Part shown: positions 1 through 8,113 of the stretch, one piece after another
How positions within the stretch are numbered: position 1 is the stretch's first letter
How the letters are laid out: every line of letters starts with the position of its first letter
Assembly (NCBI GenBank): GCA_027314885.1
Contig: DAHUZY010000001.1
Coordinates: forward strand, 1 to 52,774
From: Candidatus Saccharimonadota bacterium
GTDB taxonomy: Bacteria; Patescibacteriota; Saccharimonadia; Saccharimonadales; UBA4665
Reading direction: 5' to 3'
DNA: 52,774 nt
Notes under the pieces: model-generated
Seen by the model: the letters and a program-made list of their open reading frames with translations, nothing else
Databases searched by the model: none
Told to the model about the DNA's origin: nothing
Translations under genes and position numbers: made by a program

Positions 1-746
1 TCGATGTAGGCCTGCATCAGTTCCTTTTGGGTTGGCAGCCGCCAGCTGTTGCCCATGCCCGAGCAGAGCTGGATGGCCGTCTTGTTGCCAACCGCCACGT
101 TATTGGTGCCGGAGGCGTCCCATGTCCAGGTGCTGCAGCCGCTGGTCACGAACGCCACGGTGCTGCTGCTGTTGGCCAGGCACTCGCTCCACCTGACGCC
201 GGTGCGCGGGTCCTGGTGGTCATCGCCGGTGACGCTGGGGCTGGGTACCGTCCAGGTGATGTTGGCGGTGCAGTTGGTGGTCTGGGTGACCGGTGCGCCG
301 TAGCTGTCTTGGTAGGCTTGCGTAGAGCAGGAAGTCGGGTTGGGATAGGTGCCGGTGGTTTGGGTGCGGCTGTTGCCGTAAAACGTTTGGCCGCTCTTGA
401 CGTCACTGGCGCTAGCGTTGCCGGAGGGCGCGAACTGGGCGGCTGTGCTGATACGGTTCCACATGGCGCCCCAGTCAGGCGTGTTCGTGGTCGTGCCGTA
501 GCCGTCGCTCGTCAGGGTATTGTACAGGCTAACTAGACGCGAGGTCAGGCCGTTGTCAGATCCGCCAGGGTAGCTCTCGGCGCGCACGTTCAAGGTTACT
601 CCAACCGTTAGGCCCAGCGCCGCCAGCACGATCAGCGCCGTTTGGAAGTTGCGGTTCCTGATAAGCTTGGCGTAGTTAATTCGCCTGGTCTTGGTTTGCC
701 TGGGTGTTTGCGGGTGTTCTTGGTTTTGTGATTGCCCCGGAGCCAT
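1..746 (-). CDS. Membrane-anchored protein with DUF1566 (Lcl C-terminal)-like domain; C-terminus cut by window edge
   Basis: Absent from the ORF track because it runs off the left edge. Reverse ATG at 746-744 follows a GGAGG-type RBS (tcctccctc on + strand, 751-759). Translation MAPGQSQNQEHPQTPRQTKTRRINYAKLIRNRNFQTALIVLAALGLTVGV... has one TM helix. It ends ...DPRTGVRWSECL...AIQLCSGMGNSWRLPTQKELMQAYI, matching the TG-x-W and WRLPT-x-x-EL signature recalled for DUF1566. Confidence 0.6.
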   Translation of the reverse strand, partial: MAPGQSQNQEHPQTPRQTKTRRINYAKLIRNRNFQTALIVLAALGLTVGVTLNVRAESYPGGSDNGLTSRLVSLYNTLTSDGYGTTTNTPDWGAMWNRISTAAQFAPSGNASASDVKSGQTFYGNSRTQTTGTYPNPTSCSTQAYQDSYGAPVTQTTNCTANITWTVPSPSVTGDDHQDPRTGVRWSECLANSSSTVAFVTSGCSTWTWDASGTNNVAVGNKTAIQLCSGMGNSWRLPTQKELMQAYI

Positions 747-780
747 AGTTCCTCCCTCTTAGTAGCTTCGGCTGTTGGCT

Positions 781-811
781 ATTATAGCAGGTTTTGCTAG
801 TGTCTCGTCAA
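781..811 (-). promoter_or_regulatory. Sigma70-like promoter for the DUF1566-like gene
   Basis: Reverse strand reads TTGACG (811-806), a 19-nt spacer, then TATAAT (786-781), about 35 nt upstream of the ATG at 746. The spacer is one or two nt longer than optimal. Confidence 0.4.
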
Positions 812-835
812 AAGCCTTATGCTTCAACCCTTATT

Positions 836-1033
836 TTAGTCCTCGGCGCCACGGCGCGCAAGCCGTTTTGAGCCGGTCATCGCGCGCAGCTGGCGTGACC
901 GCCGTGTCCGGCAGGCGTCTGAGCAGGATATGGCGTCGCTGCGGCCTTTGAAGACTTTGCCACAGACCGGGCAGATTTTGTTTTTCCTGCGCCGCCGCGG
1001 AGTTATCTCGGATGGGCTGGTTAACTCTCTCTC
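836..1033 (-). CDS. Zinc-ribbon paralog with no start codon of its own (possible fusion or slippage partner of 1021..1179)
   Basis: The reverse frame is open from 1033 to TAA at 838-836. It encodes ...RRRRKNKICPVCGKVFKGRSDAISCSDACRTRRSRQLRAMTGSKRLARRGAED. The C-x2-C...GRSDA-x2-CSD-x-CR motif matches the upstream ORF. No ATG/GTG/TTG lies before the CxxC in this frame. Confidence 0.35.
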   Translation of the reverse strand, partial: ERELTSPSEITPRRRRKNKICPVCGKVFKGRSDAISCSDACRTRRSRQLRAMTGSKRLARRGAED

Positions 1034-1179
1034 TCAAACTTTTCGGCGGCCTCAATGGCCGCCCGGGCTTTGCGGTTGCGTTCCAGGCGCTTGCGGCACG
1101 TGTCGGAGCAGGTCTTGGCGTCGCTTCTGCCCCGGAATCGCTGTTCGCACATCAGGCACGTCTTGTTTTTAGTTTTCAT
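1021..1179 (-). CDS. Small zinc-ribbon protein (52 aa)
   Basis: Below the ORF-track size cutoff. Codon-by-codon translation from ATG 1179-1177 gives MKTKNKTCLMCEQRFRGRSDAKTCSDTCRKRLERNRKARAAIEAAEKFERES, with stop TAA at 1023-1021. The CxxC plus CSDxCR pair suggests a 4-Cys zinc ribbon followed by a basic tail. Confidence 0.55.
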   Translation of the reverse strand: MKTKNKTCLMCEQRFRGRSDAKTCSDTCRKRLERNRKARAAIEAAEKFERES

Positions 1180-1253
1180 GATGGTCAACCCTCACGCCTT
1201 AAAGCCAATTATACCCTAAGCGGCAAGGCTGTCCGGAGGTAAAAAAGTCCTTG

Positions 1254-1365
1254 CTTTACGTAATCTCCCATTGTACGCCCCGTACCAGGCCGGCAAGGTA
1301 GTACGATCGTCTCCACCTTGCCACCCTGGCCTTGCGGGGCACTTGGTTACTTCCGTTACGTAAAG
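1254..1365. repeat. 10-bp inverted repeat enclosing an 8-bp hairpin, in the divergent intergenic region of the element
   Basis: ctttacgtaa (1254-1263) and ttacgtaaag (1356-1365) are reverse complements. Inside them, ggcaaggt (1292-1299) pairs with accttgcc (1315-1322). The direct repeat cggcaagg occurs at 1221 and 1291. Confidence 0.6.
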
Positions 1366-1574
1366 TAAGGGGGGTAGTATATGCGCGTAGCGAGACTATC
1401 AAATCAAGACGCCACATTGGTCGATTGGCGCTTGAAAAAGCAGCTCTCAAAGAGGTCTGCGCTTGTCGGTACTACGACTTGCGCGACAATCTGGCAGAGA
1501 CCAGCTCATTAGAGCTGCTGCGCATCATCAACCATAACTACGACTGTGCTGGTTGCGGTCGGAAAGGAGTCTGA
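1332..1574 (+). CDS. Hypothetical protein (start uncertain)
   Basis: ORF-track ORF with a TTG start. Its stop TGA (1572-1574) lies 2 nt before the next ATG (1577), suggesting coupling. The C-terminal part LALEKAALKEVCACRYYDLRDNLAETSSLELLRIINHNYDCAGCGRKGV looks protein-like. No family recognised. Confidence 0.3.
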   Translation: MRGTWLLPLRKVRGVVYARSETIKSRRHIGRLALEKAALKEVCACRYYDLRDNLAETSSLELLRIINHNYDCAGCGRKGV

Positions 1575-1576
1575 TC

Positions 1577-1843
1577 ATGGACGCCGCAGTTTGCACCTAC
1601 AACGGTTGGAGCAACCGTGAAACGTGGCTGGCCAGTCTGTGGCTGACCAACGACGACGGCAGCTATGTCCTGCAAGACGCGCTGCGTCAGCCCGGTGAGA
1701 TCTCCGACCAGGCCGACTACCTGGAGCAATCGCTTCGGGACCAGTTGGACGACGAGGTCGGTAACGCCAGTATGTGGCGCGATTTGCTGTCTACAGCATT
1801 TGACCGCATAAACTGGGTGGAGGTTATTGATAATAACCGCTGA
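1577..1843 (+). CDS. Small acidic hypothetical protein (NGWSNRETW...LWL motif), typical mobile-element cargo
   Basis: In frame with track ORF 1553..1843. AGGAG (1565-1569) sits 7 nt before ATG 1577. Product starts MDAAVCTYNGWSNRETWLASLWLTNDDGSY... The motif resembles small phage/plasmid proteins from memory only. Confidence 0.5.
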   Translation: MDAAVCTYNGWSNRETWLASLWLTNDDGSYVLQDALRQPGEISDQADYLEQSLRDQLDDEVGNASMWRDLLSTAFDRINWVEVIDNNR

Positions 1844-1874
1844 CGCTCGCGCCCTGAGCATGGCGCAAAACTGC

Positions 1875-2681
1875 TCAATTTAAGGACACAAGGGGTTTGG
1901 GCTTATACACATCAGACCATATTTTTTTGTGCGACTGGCTTGAGTCTTGCAGCGCTTTCAAGTTAGCTGTAAAAATCTTTAGATCGTCTATGCCGGCATT
2001 ATCTAGGACCTTGGCGGCATGGCGTTGCAGCTTTTGCTCGGTTTTGGCGTCCGGGCAGACAAATAGCACGGCCGGGTAGTCGGTGCCCGATCCGGCCTCC
2101 CACTCTCCCTCGTCGAAGTGCTCAATGACAGCCTCCAGCCGCTTCTTTACGAGGAAGAACTGCCCTTTGGGCAGAATGTCCAGCATATATTCGTTGGGCG
2201 GTGTTTTGGCCGTTGTTATGCGATTTAGGTACAGGGCTGGCTTGGGCTCGGGGAAGAAGTCATAGCCACCCAGCTCGTAGCGGGTGAAGATGTGGAATGT
2301 TTCAGGATAACTTTCCCTAAGTGCCAGGTAGGCTTTCATGGTGTCCAGGTGCTTATCTATGAATGAGTCATCAGCCTTATCGTTCCAGCTATAAGCGTGC
2401 AGCACCGGTTCATGGGCTATCGGATCGTCTCTTAAAAAGGCGATGCCCCGTCCGTCCAAGTAGTAACAGGCGCCTTTGCCCTGGAACTTGAAAGATTTAT
2501 CGTAACGCCTGCTCAGATAACCTTTGGCCCATAAAGTTTTCAGCAGGCTGTTGGTTACGGCCCGATGGCTATTGTTTCTATATGACATCAACAGTGACGA
2601 AGTAACAAACCTGAACTTGTAAACGAGTTTTAAGACGTGTACTTGTTTTGGATTAAGCTGGTAATCTTTAACGTTTTTCAT
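1875..2681 (-). CDS. Replication-relaxation family-like protein (N-terminal winged helix)
   Basis: Track ORF 1875..2792 trimmed to the internal Met at 2681. Product starts MKNVKDYQLNPKQVHVLKLVYKFRFVTSSLLMSY...LLKTLWAKGYLSRRY. This resembles the N-terminus of Replic_Relax proteins of actinobacterial plasmids and ICEs. The upstream 37 codons (MLLFRLSLYIIYV...) look non-coding. Confidence 0.55.
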   Translation of the reverse strand: MKNVKDYQLNPKQVHVLKLVYKFRFVTSSLLMSYRNNSHRAVTNSLLKTLWAKGYLSRRYDKSFKFQGKGACYYLDGRGIAFLRDDPIAHEPVLHAYSWNDKADDSFIDKHLDTMKAYLALRESYPETFHIFTRYELGGYDFFPEPKPALYLNRITTAKTPPNEYMLDILPKGQFFLVKKRLEAVIEHFDEGEWEAGSGTDYPAVLFVCPDAKTEQKLQRHAAKVLDNAGIDDLKIFTANLKALQDSSQSHKKIWSDVYKPKPLVSLN

Positions 2682-2959
2682 CCATAGTCCCGCTGGCTCT
2701 CTTCTGTCTGCTCCACGCTCCCGCCAAAGTTTAAACAACGCCTGGATTTCTAACACATATATTATATATAAAGACAGACGAAAAAGTAACATTCATATCT
2801 GTTACATTAATGAATACTTTATTACGCCGGCGTAATAAAGTCTTGGACACCATCTTGCCTATAGATAGCACCACTGTATACTGGTTTTTGAGAGGCTTGT
2901 GTTTCCTTGCGAGGATACAGAAGCCTTTCCTTTATATAGGGCGTGGTAGAATACACCTT

Positions 2960-3175
2960 ATGAGCTCGGATAAGACAAGGCAGCAGATTGCAGGCAGAAT
3001 CAGAGCGGCCAGGCTGGAGAGTGGCCTGACCCAAAACCAAGTGGCCGAGAAAGCCGGTATCAACGTGACTGTTTATGCCAAGATAGAACGCGGCGACGCT
3101 AAGCCGACTATTGAATCGCTCCGGAAAATCAGCCAGGCGCTTAAGATAAAGTCCTCGAAGATCCTGCCCTTTTAA
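2960..3175 (+). CDS. XRE-family helix-turn-helix transcriptional regulator (71 aa)
   Basis: Internal Met of track ORF 2810..3175. Product MSSDKTRQQIAGRIRAARLESGLTQNQVAEKAGINVTVYAKIERGDAKPTIESLRKISQALKI is a canonical Cro/C1-type HTH. It is divergent from the replication-relaxation gene. Confidence 0.8.
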   Translation: MSSDKTRQQIAGRIRAARLESGLTQNQVAEKAGINVTVYAKIERGDAKPTIESLRKISQALKIKSSKILPF

Positions 3176-3262
3176 CGTGTGCATAACTAAACATAAAAGG
3201 CTTGCAACTGTGCTCAAAGGCATAGTATACTGTGCTTGTAAGCATAGTTGGGGGCGAGCCAA

Positions 3263-3415
3263 ATGGGTAAACAGCAGCAGGCCAAATTACCGGCAACCAA
3301 GCAATACACGACCGAGGAACGGCTTGAGCTGCTTGCCAACCTGATAGTCGACCACATACTGGATGCTCAAGATAAAATTAAGGTTGTGGGCATAAAGCCA
3401 TGCTCGAGTATGTAG
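3263..3415 (+). CDS. Small ORF (50 aa) overlapping the recombinase start; possible directionality or accessory factor
   Basis: ATG 3263 to TAG 3413-3415 encodes MGKQQQAKLPATKQYTTEERLELLANLIVDHILDAQDKIKVVGIKPCSSM. It overlaps the recombinase ATG (3400) by 16 nt. No family recognised. Confidence 0.25.
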   Translation: MGKQQQAKLPATKQYTTEERLELLANLIVDHILDAQDKIKVVGIKPCSSM

Positions 3416-5196
3416 GAGAGGGCAACACGGTAGCGGCCATTCGGGTCTCCAGCGCCCGGCAGGTCATTGAGGGTGATTCTCCGGAAGCCCAACGCGAGCA
3501 GATCACCCGATACGCCCAAGTGAATAACCTGGCGATGCAGGCCTTTTTTACCGTCCAAGAATCGGCGTCACAAGAAGACATCCAACCCATGCAGCCGATA
3601 ATTGACTACTGCAAAAACCCGAAGCACAAGGTTGAAAACTTTATTATCAAGTCGATTGACCGTTTTACTCGAGGCGGATCGTATCAGTATAGCTACCTTA
3701 AAATGCAATTGGAGTGCTATGGCGTTAAGCTGATAGACATTCACGGCGTTATCCGGCCGGAAAAGGTCAACACCCTGGAACATCTCGGCGAGCAGTACCG
3801 TTGGAGTGTCTATGAGCCGTCAAAAAAGACAGAGATTCTGGAGGCCGAGCGGGCCCGCGACGAAATGCGCGACATTATGACCAGAATGATCGGCGCTGAA
3901 ATCCGCTACGCCCAGATGGGCTACTGGGTGCGCCGGGCGCCGTACGGTTTTCAGACCGACAAAGCCGAAACGATCAACGGCAAACGCTGCGTGCTAGTAC
4001 CTCATCCCCAGGAATCGGCGTTGGTCATCAAGATGTTCAAGCTGAGAGCACGCGGCACTATGACCGATCAAGAGATCGTCGACGAAGTAAACCGCATGGG
4101 CTACAAGAGCCGCATTGATTATATAAGAGACAAGCAGGACCGCACAAAAATTGTCCGTTTGCGCGGCGGCGTGCCTTTAACGGTCAAAGCGCTGCACAAG
4201 TACCTAAGAAAGCCAATTTATGCCGGGGTGAACGGTGAGAAATGGACACACGGCCAGCCGGTAAAATGCAGATTCAACGGATTGGTTTCGATAGACGTTT
4301 TTAATAAGGCCAACCGCGGCAAAATAGTCATAGCCGAGAAAAACGGCTTGGTCGCAATTTACCGCCAGAAACCGGATGCTAGGTTCTCTCAGAAAAACAC
4401 GTACTCGGCACAATACCCGTACAAAAAAGTAGTCAGATGCTCTACCTGCAGCCGAGCGTTGCTGGGCAGCGCCTCTCGCGGCAAATCGGGTAAACATTAT
4501 CCGGCTTATCACTGCTCAAATTACGGGCACCACTTCCGGGTTCCCCGGCCGGTCTTCAATGAGACGGTAGATCGGTTCTTAAAAAGGATTCAGCTGACTG
4601 ACAAGGGCGCCCAGCAGCTTAGCCGAGCAGTTTTGGATGTCTGGCAGAGACGGCAACAGGAGCTTAAGCAGGATGAGGTCAACATCGACGCCAAAATCCA
4701 GGAATTTGAGCTACAAGCCAAACTAACGGCCGACAAGCTTAAGTTCTTGAACAGCAAAACGGCCATTAAATACATGGAGGAGGACATTATGCGCGCAGAG
4801 GCTGAAATACATGCATTGCGGGAACAAAAGGCTAAAACCGCGAGTGACCAGTCGGCTGACATGCCCAATATTATGAGCTACCTACAGGACTTCCTGGAAC
4901 ACTTCGACGAATACCTGATTAACAGAGATGACGAGGTCGAAAAAGCCAAATATTTTGGCGTTTTATTTAACGAACCGCCCACCTTTGAAGATGTGCAAGC
5001 TGGCACACACGAGGTCACTAAAATTAAGGGATTAAACGAGCTGTTTAAGCTCAAAAACACAGGCAAGGTTCAATTGGTGGGCGAGGAGGGACTTGAACCC
5101 TCACGAGCAAAAGCTCACCAGATTTTGAGTCTAGCGTGTATACCAATTTCACCACTCGCCCATAGTAGCGGTTCTCACATAGGCTACAAGGGGTAA
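3400..5196 (+). CDS. Large serine recombinase (resolvase domain, recombinase domain, zinc beta-ribbon, coiled coil)
   Basis: AAIRVSSARQ holds the catalytic Ser motif and IDRFTRG is the resolvase DRLxR-like motif. GYWVRRAPYGF marks the recombinase domain. VVRCSTCSRALLGSASRGKSGKHYPAYHCSNYGHHF is the Cys-rich zinc ribbon, followed by a long coiled coil. The last 40 codons are antisense to tRNA-Leu and its flank. Confidence 0.9.
   Translation: MLEYVGEGNTVAAIRVSSARQVIEGDSPEAQREQITRYAQVNNLAMQAFFTVQESASQEDIQPMQPIIDYCKNPKHKVENFIIKSIDRFTRGGSYQYSYLKMQLECYGVKLIDIHGVIRPEKVNTLEHLGEQYRWSVYEPSKKTEILEAERARDEMRDIMTRMIGAEIRYAQMGYWVRRAPYGFQTDKAETINGKRCVLVPHPQESALVIKMFKLRARGTMTDQEIVDEVNRMGYKSRIDYIRDKQDRTKIVRLRGGVPLTVKALHKYLRKPIYAGVNGEKWTHGQPVKCRFNGLVSIDVFNKANRGKIVIAEKNGLVAIYRQKPDARFSQKNTYSAQYPYKKVVRCSTCSRALLGSASRGKSGKHYPAYHCSNYGHHFRVPRPVFNETVDRFLKRIQLTDKGAQQLSRAVLDVWQRRQQELKQDEVNIDAKIQEFELQAKLTADKLKFLNSKTAIKYMEEDIMRAEAEIHALREQKAKTASDQSADMPNIMSYLQDFLEHFDEYLINRDDEVEKAKYFGVLFNEPPTFEDVQAGTHEVTKIKGLNELFKLKNTGKVQLVGEEGLEPSRAKAHQILSLACIPISPLAHSSGSHIGYKG
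5075..5161 (-). tRNA. tRNA-Leu (anticodon CAA), type II with long variable arm, CCA encoded
   Basis: Reverse complement is GGGCGAGTGGTGAAATTGGTATACACGCTAGACTCAAAATCTGGTGAGCTTTTGCTCGTGAGGGTTCAAGTCCCTCCTCGCCCACCA. The acceptor GGGCGAG pairs with CTCGCCC. The anticodon stem CTAGA/TCTGG carries loop CTCAAAA. The variable arm is GAGC-TTTT-GCTC and the T arm is GAGGG-TTCAAGT-CCCTC. Confidence 0.93.
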
Positions 5197-5242
5197 TTGT
5201 ACTATACTTGGGTGTAAGGAGCCAGGGCTCTTAAATTTAAAT

Positions 5243-6541
5243 ATGGCAAATAATTCTTCGCAGCATGATCAGTCACACCATTCGCCAAATAGGGGGAAGT
5301 CTGCTCGGCATGATGAGGCTGCAGTAGAACTTATTAGGGATAAAGTCGATAAGCTCTATTCCGAAGAGCCTGATGTACAGATCGAGCTTGCCAAATCTGA
5401 AAATACGCCAGCACGCAGCAAGCATCAGGATTACATTCACACGCTACTTAACTCCGACAAGGGCCTCGCCACCATACAAACCGAGTGGCACGAATATTAT
5501 CAGCAGCTTCCAGATGACGAGAAGCGGCAGGTGTGGCAAGAGTTCTACGACAGCCAACCAAGTATTGCTCAGCATGTAAAACCATCCTCAGTGCCAGCCA
5601 AGGAGCCACAGCGGGTAGCAGCCAAAAGACGGGCAGAGCGCAAGATACGTCACTCCGGCAGTTCAGTAGATAACATCAAACAAAGTATCAAGGATACGGT
5701 CACTGGCGGCGGTAAACTTGGGGTAAAGCACCAGCTGCAATCGCTGCTTTTCGGCCTGAGTGTCGGTATAGTAGTGGTAATCATCTTTATGTTTGGGTTC
5801 TTTAACGAAGTATTCATAGCCCCATTTATTCAACCCAGCCGGGCACAGGCTGACACCCCTCTCATTATTGGCAACTCAACCATCGCACCAACTCCCACAC
5901 CAGAAGTTATTATTCCCAAAATAAATGTTGAGATTCCTGTCAACTATAGCGTTACGTCAACCAATGAGTCTGTAATTGAGAACGACCTGGAGGGCGGGGT
6001 AGTACACTATCCCTCGACGGTACTGCCGGGACAAGACGGCAATGCCGCCTTCTTCGGCCACAGCAGTAACAACATCTTTAACCCGGGAAAGTATAAGTTC
6101 GCTTTCGTGCTGCTGCATACGCTCGTAGATGGAGATACGTTTTACCTGACATACAACGACAAGGTCTACGTCTACAAGGTCATCAGCCACACAATAGTAA
6201 GCCCGAGTGACGTGAGCGTGCTCGGCCCAGTACCGGGTCAAACCGCAACGGCCACGCTCATAACCTGTGACCCGCCCGGTACCAGCATAAATCGCCTCAT
6301 CGTTGTCGGGAAGCAGATCAGCCCCAACCCGGCGGGCAATACTGCCGCAGCACCGACTGTCACTCCTGTTTCCACGCCCCCCTCTCAACTGCCTGGTAAC
6401 GGACCGACACTCTGGACCCGCTTTCTTTCCACTCTTTGGGGTAAGCTACTCGCAAGCGCAGTCGTTATCGCGGCTGCTATTTGGTTACTACGTGCATTCA
6501 ATCGCTACGCTCGCCGTAACCTGAAGCCGGACCACTCATAA
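5243..6541 (+). CDS. Membrane-bound sortase-family transpeptidase with long N-terminal extension
   Basis: Contains FFGHSS (catalytic His region), TLITCDPPGT (the TLxTC catalytic Cys) and NRLIVVG (conserved Arg). TM helices lie before the catalytic domain and at the C-terminus. Confidence 0.85.
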   Translation: MANNSSQHDQSHHSPNRGKSARHDEAAVELIRDKVDKLYSEEPDVQIELAKSENTPARSKHQDYIHTLLNSDKGLATIQTEWHEYYQQLPDDEKRQVWQEFYDSQPSIAQHVKPSSVPAKEPQRVAAKRRAERKIRHSGSSVDNIKQSIKDTVTGGGKLGVKHQLQSLLFGLSVGIVVVIIFMFGFFNEVFIAPFIQPSRAQADTPLIIGNSTIAPTPTPEVIIPKINVEIPVNYSVTSTNESVIENDLEGGVVHYPSTVLPGQDGNAAFFGHSSNNIFNPGKYKFAFVLLHTLVDGDTFYLTYNDKVYVYKVISHTIVSPSDVSVLGPVPGQTATATLITCDPPGTSINRLIVVGKQISPNPAGNTAAAPTVTPVSTPPSQLPGNGPTLWTRFLSTLWGKLLASAVVIAAAIWLLRAFNRYARRNLKPDHS

Positions 6542-8014
6542 ATCGGCTGGGGTAAGGAGTGGGGTTCGGTCCAGCATGACAGTCGGGGCAGTTTTACCTG
6601 CAGCAAGCGTAAATACATAGTCATAATTCGTTGCAAAGAAAGGTAAGTACGAGCTGCTGGCAGGCATGAGCGTTTGCTCGTTGGTGCCATCGTAATCGAA
6701 AACAATCAGCTTGCCGCCGCTCACGTATGTCAAACGGTCACCGTCCATCCAGCTGGCACTAACTTGTGGCGCTTGAAGCGGGAAGTGCATAGTGTATGTG
6801 TAAGCTTTCTGATTCTCGAAGTTATAGACAGCGAAATGGGTACCGCTTTCAGCCACAATAAATTGGGCGTTGCCTGAAAACTTAAGAAAGTTCGGGTTAT
6901 GGAGATTAAATATCTGGCTCGGGATAATGGTGCCTTGTTGATTATTGTATTGGCTGATCGGGTCTTGATAAATATATACCTGGCCGCTTGCAACATCTCC
7001 GGCAACTACATAGGGTGTACCGTTGTAGGTAGTGAGGTTCAGCAGGTATGTCGGGCTCGCCGGCAGGGTTCTGACTGTTATAGTCTGGCCATTAGAGATT
7101 AGCTTCAAAAATACTTCACCCTTTGGCGCACCGCTCGCCGTTACATACAGCACGGTGTGATTACCATATGATTTATAGGCGAGGACGCCTTGAAGGAACG
7201 GCGTCAACGTATTACCGCTCGATAACGAGGCGGTCTCCAGCGTTTGACTGGCGGCGTTGTATATATAATAGTCGTTATACTTCTTATTAATCAGCGTCAA
7301 CTCAGTTGGTGATCCATACGTATTACTGAGATTAACGGACTGTGAAGGATTGGCGGTATCAACCATGATGTACTCTCTTTTGCCATCATAGATGTGGGTT
7401 AAGAGGACATGTTGGTTGTCATCAGCCCAGCCGTCAATCTTCCAGCTCTCAGACGATATAGCTTTACTCAGCAGACCGCTCGGCAGAGAGAATTGAGTCA
7501 TGACTGGCTTGGCCGAGTTTTTGAGGTTATAAAGATCAAAATTCGTGATACTCCCGGGTCGTTCGACCAACAGCCACTGCCGGCTTGGGCTTTGGGTGAC
7601 TAAGGGAGGAGCGGTACTGTACGTATGGACCCTTGAAGTGACGAGCTTTATTGGAAAGAGTACGGGATAGTCAAAATGTTCGACCGCACCGGCGTCAAAG
7701 GTAATGGTCCGCTGCCACGGACGATACCCGTTGCGTGTCAGTGTCACAGTATATACTCCAGAGGGCAGGAAGAGCTGAGTGTTTGTCTTGTTAGCATTAA
7801 GGACTCCATTAATATATATGTTAGCGGGATTTGGCTGGCTGGAGAGAAATACCAAGCCGCTTTGAATAACAGTATCGTTTTTGGATAGCCCGAAACCATA
7901 AGCCTGATACACCAGTACTAAGGTCGCGATGGCAATAACTAGAGTAACCAGCACGTAGCCGATCATCAAAACCAGATGATCACGGAGTTTTCGTTTGGGA
8001 TCAAGATAATCCAT
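6536..8014 (-). CDS. PEGA-domain membrane-anchored protein with beta-rich C-terminal region
   Basis: An N-terminal TM (LVLMIGYVLVTLVIAIATLVLVY) is followed by SSQPNPANIYINGVLNANKTNTQLFLPSGVYTVTLTRNGYRPW, which fits the PEGA pattern. Confidence 0.7.
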   Translation of the reverse strand: MDYLDPKRKLRDHLVLMIGYVLVTLVIAIATLVLVYQAYGFGLSKNDTVIQSGLVFLSSQPNPANIYINGVLNANKTNTQLFLPSGVYTVTLTRNGYRPWQRTITFDAGAVEHFDYPVLFPIKLVTSRVHTYSTAPPLVTQSPSRQWLLVERPGSITNFDLYNLKNSAKPVMTQFSLPSGLLSKAISSESWKIDGWADDNQHVLLTHIYDGKREYIMVDTANPSQSVNLSNTYGSPTELTLINKKYNDYYIYNAASQTLETASLSSGNTLTPFLQGVLAYKSYGNHTVLYVTASGAPKGEVFLKLISNGQTITVRTLPASPTYLLNLTTYNGTPYVVAGDVASGQVYIYQDPISQYNNQQGTIIPSQIFNLHNPNFLKFSGNAQFIVAESGTHFAVYNFENQKAYTYTMHFPLQAPQVSASWMDGDRLTYVSGGKLIVFDYDGTNEQTLMPASSSYLPFFATNYDYVFTLAAGKTAPTVMLDRTPLLTPADL

Positions 8015-8113
8015 GTATTTTAGTATGAACTACTCTTGCCTCTAACCACAAGAGGGTTTAAGATAGGTATAGTATTACATATACTCGCAAGTGGCGGTAG
8101 GTGTGAACAAAAA

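Larger units (their letters stand above)
1..5161. mobile_element. Right portion of an integrated element (serine-recombinase type) inserted next to tRNA-Leu(CAA); left end outside the window
   Basis: The recombinase lies at the extreme edge abutting the tRNA 3' end. Cargo is typical of mobile elements (XRE, replication-relaxation-like, zinc ribbons, small acidic protein). GC shifts upward: first two 60-nt lines are 36/60 and 38/60 G+C, versus 26/60 at 10081. Confidence 0.6.

Noticed and set aside
27-536. Track ORFs 27..536(+), 49..303(+) and 146..406(-) in the GC-rich left end
   Set aside because: Their translations are low-complexity Ala/Gly/Arg/Pro strings typical of off-frame reading in GC-rich DNA. 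The region is fully explained by the reverse-strand DUF1566-like CDS, which has a strong RBS and a coherent domain structure.
1875-2792. N-terminal extensions given by the ORF track for several genes (1875..2792, 2810..3175, 8036..9235, 36642..37964, 49994..51157)
   Set aside because: The extensions encode hydrophobic or low-information sequence upstream of internal Mets that have better spacing to neighbouring genes or RBS-like motifs. The shorter starts were used, and uncertainty is stated in the feature entries.
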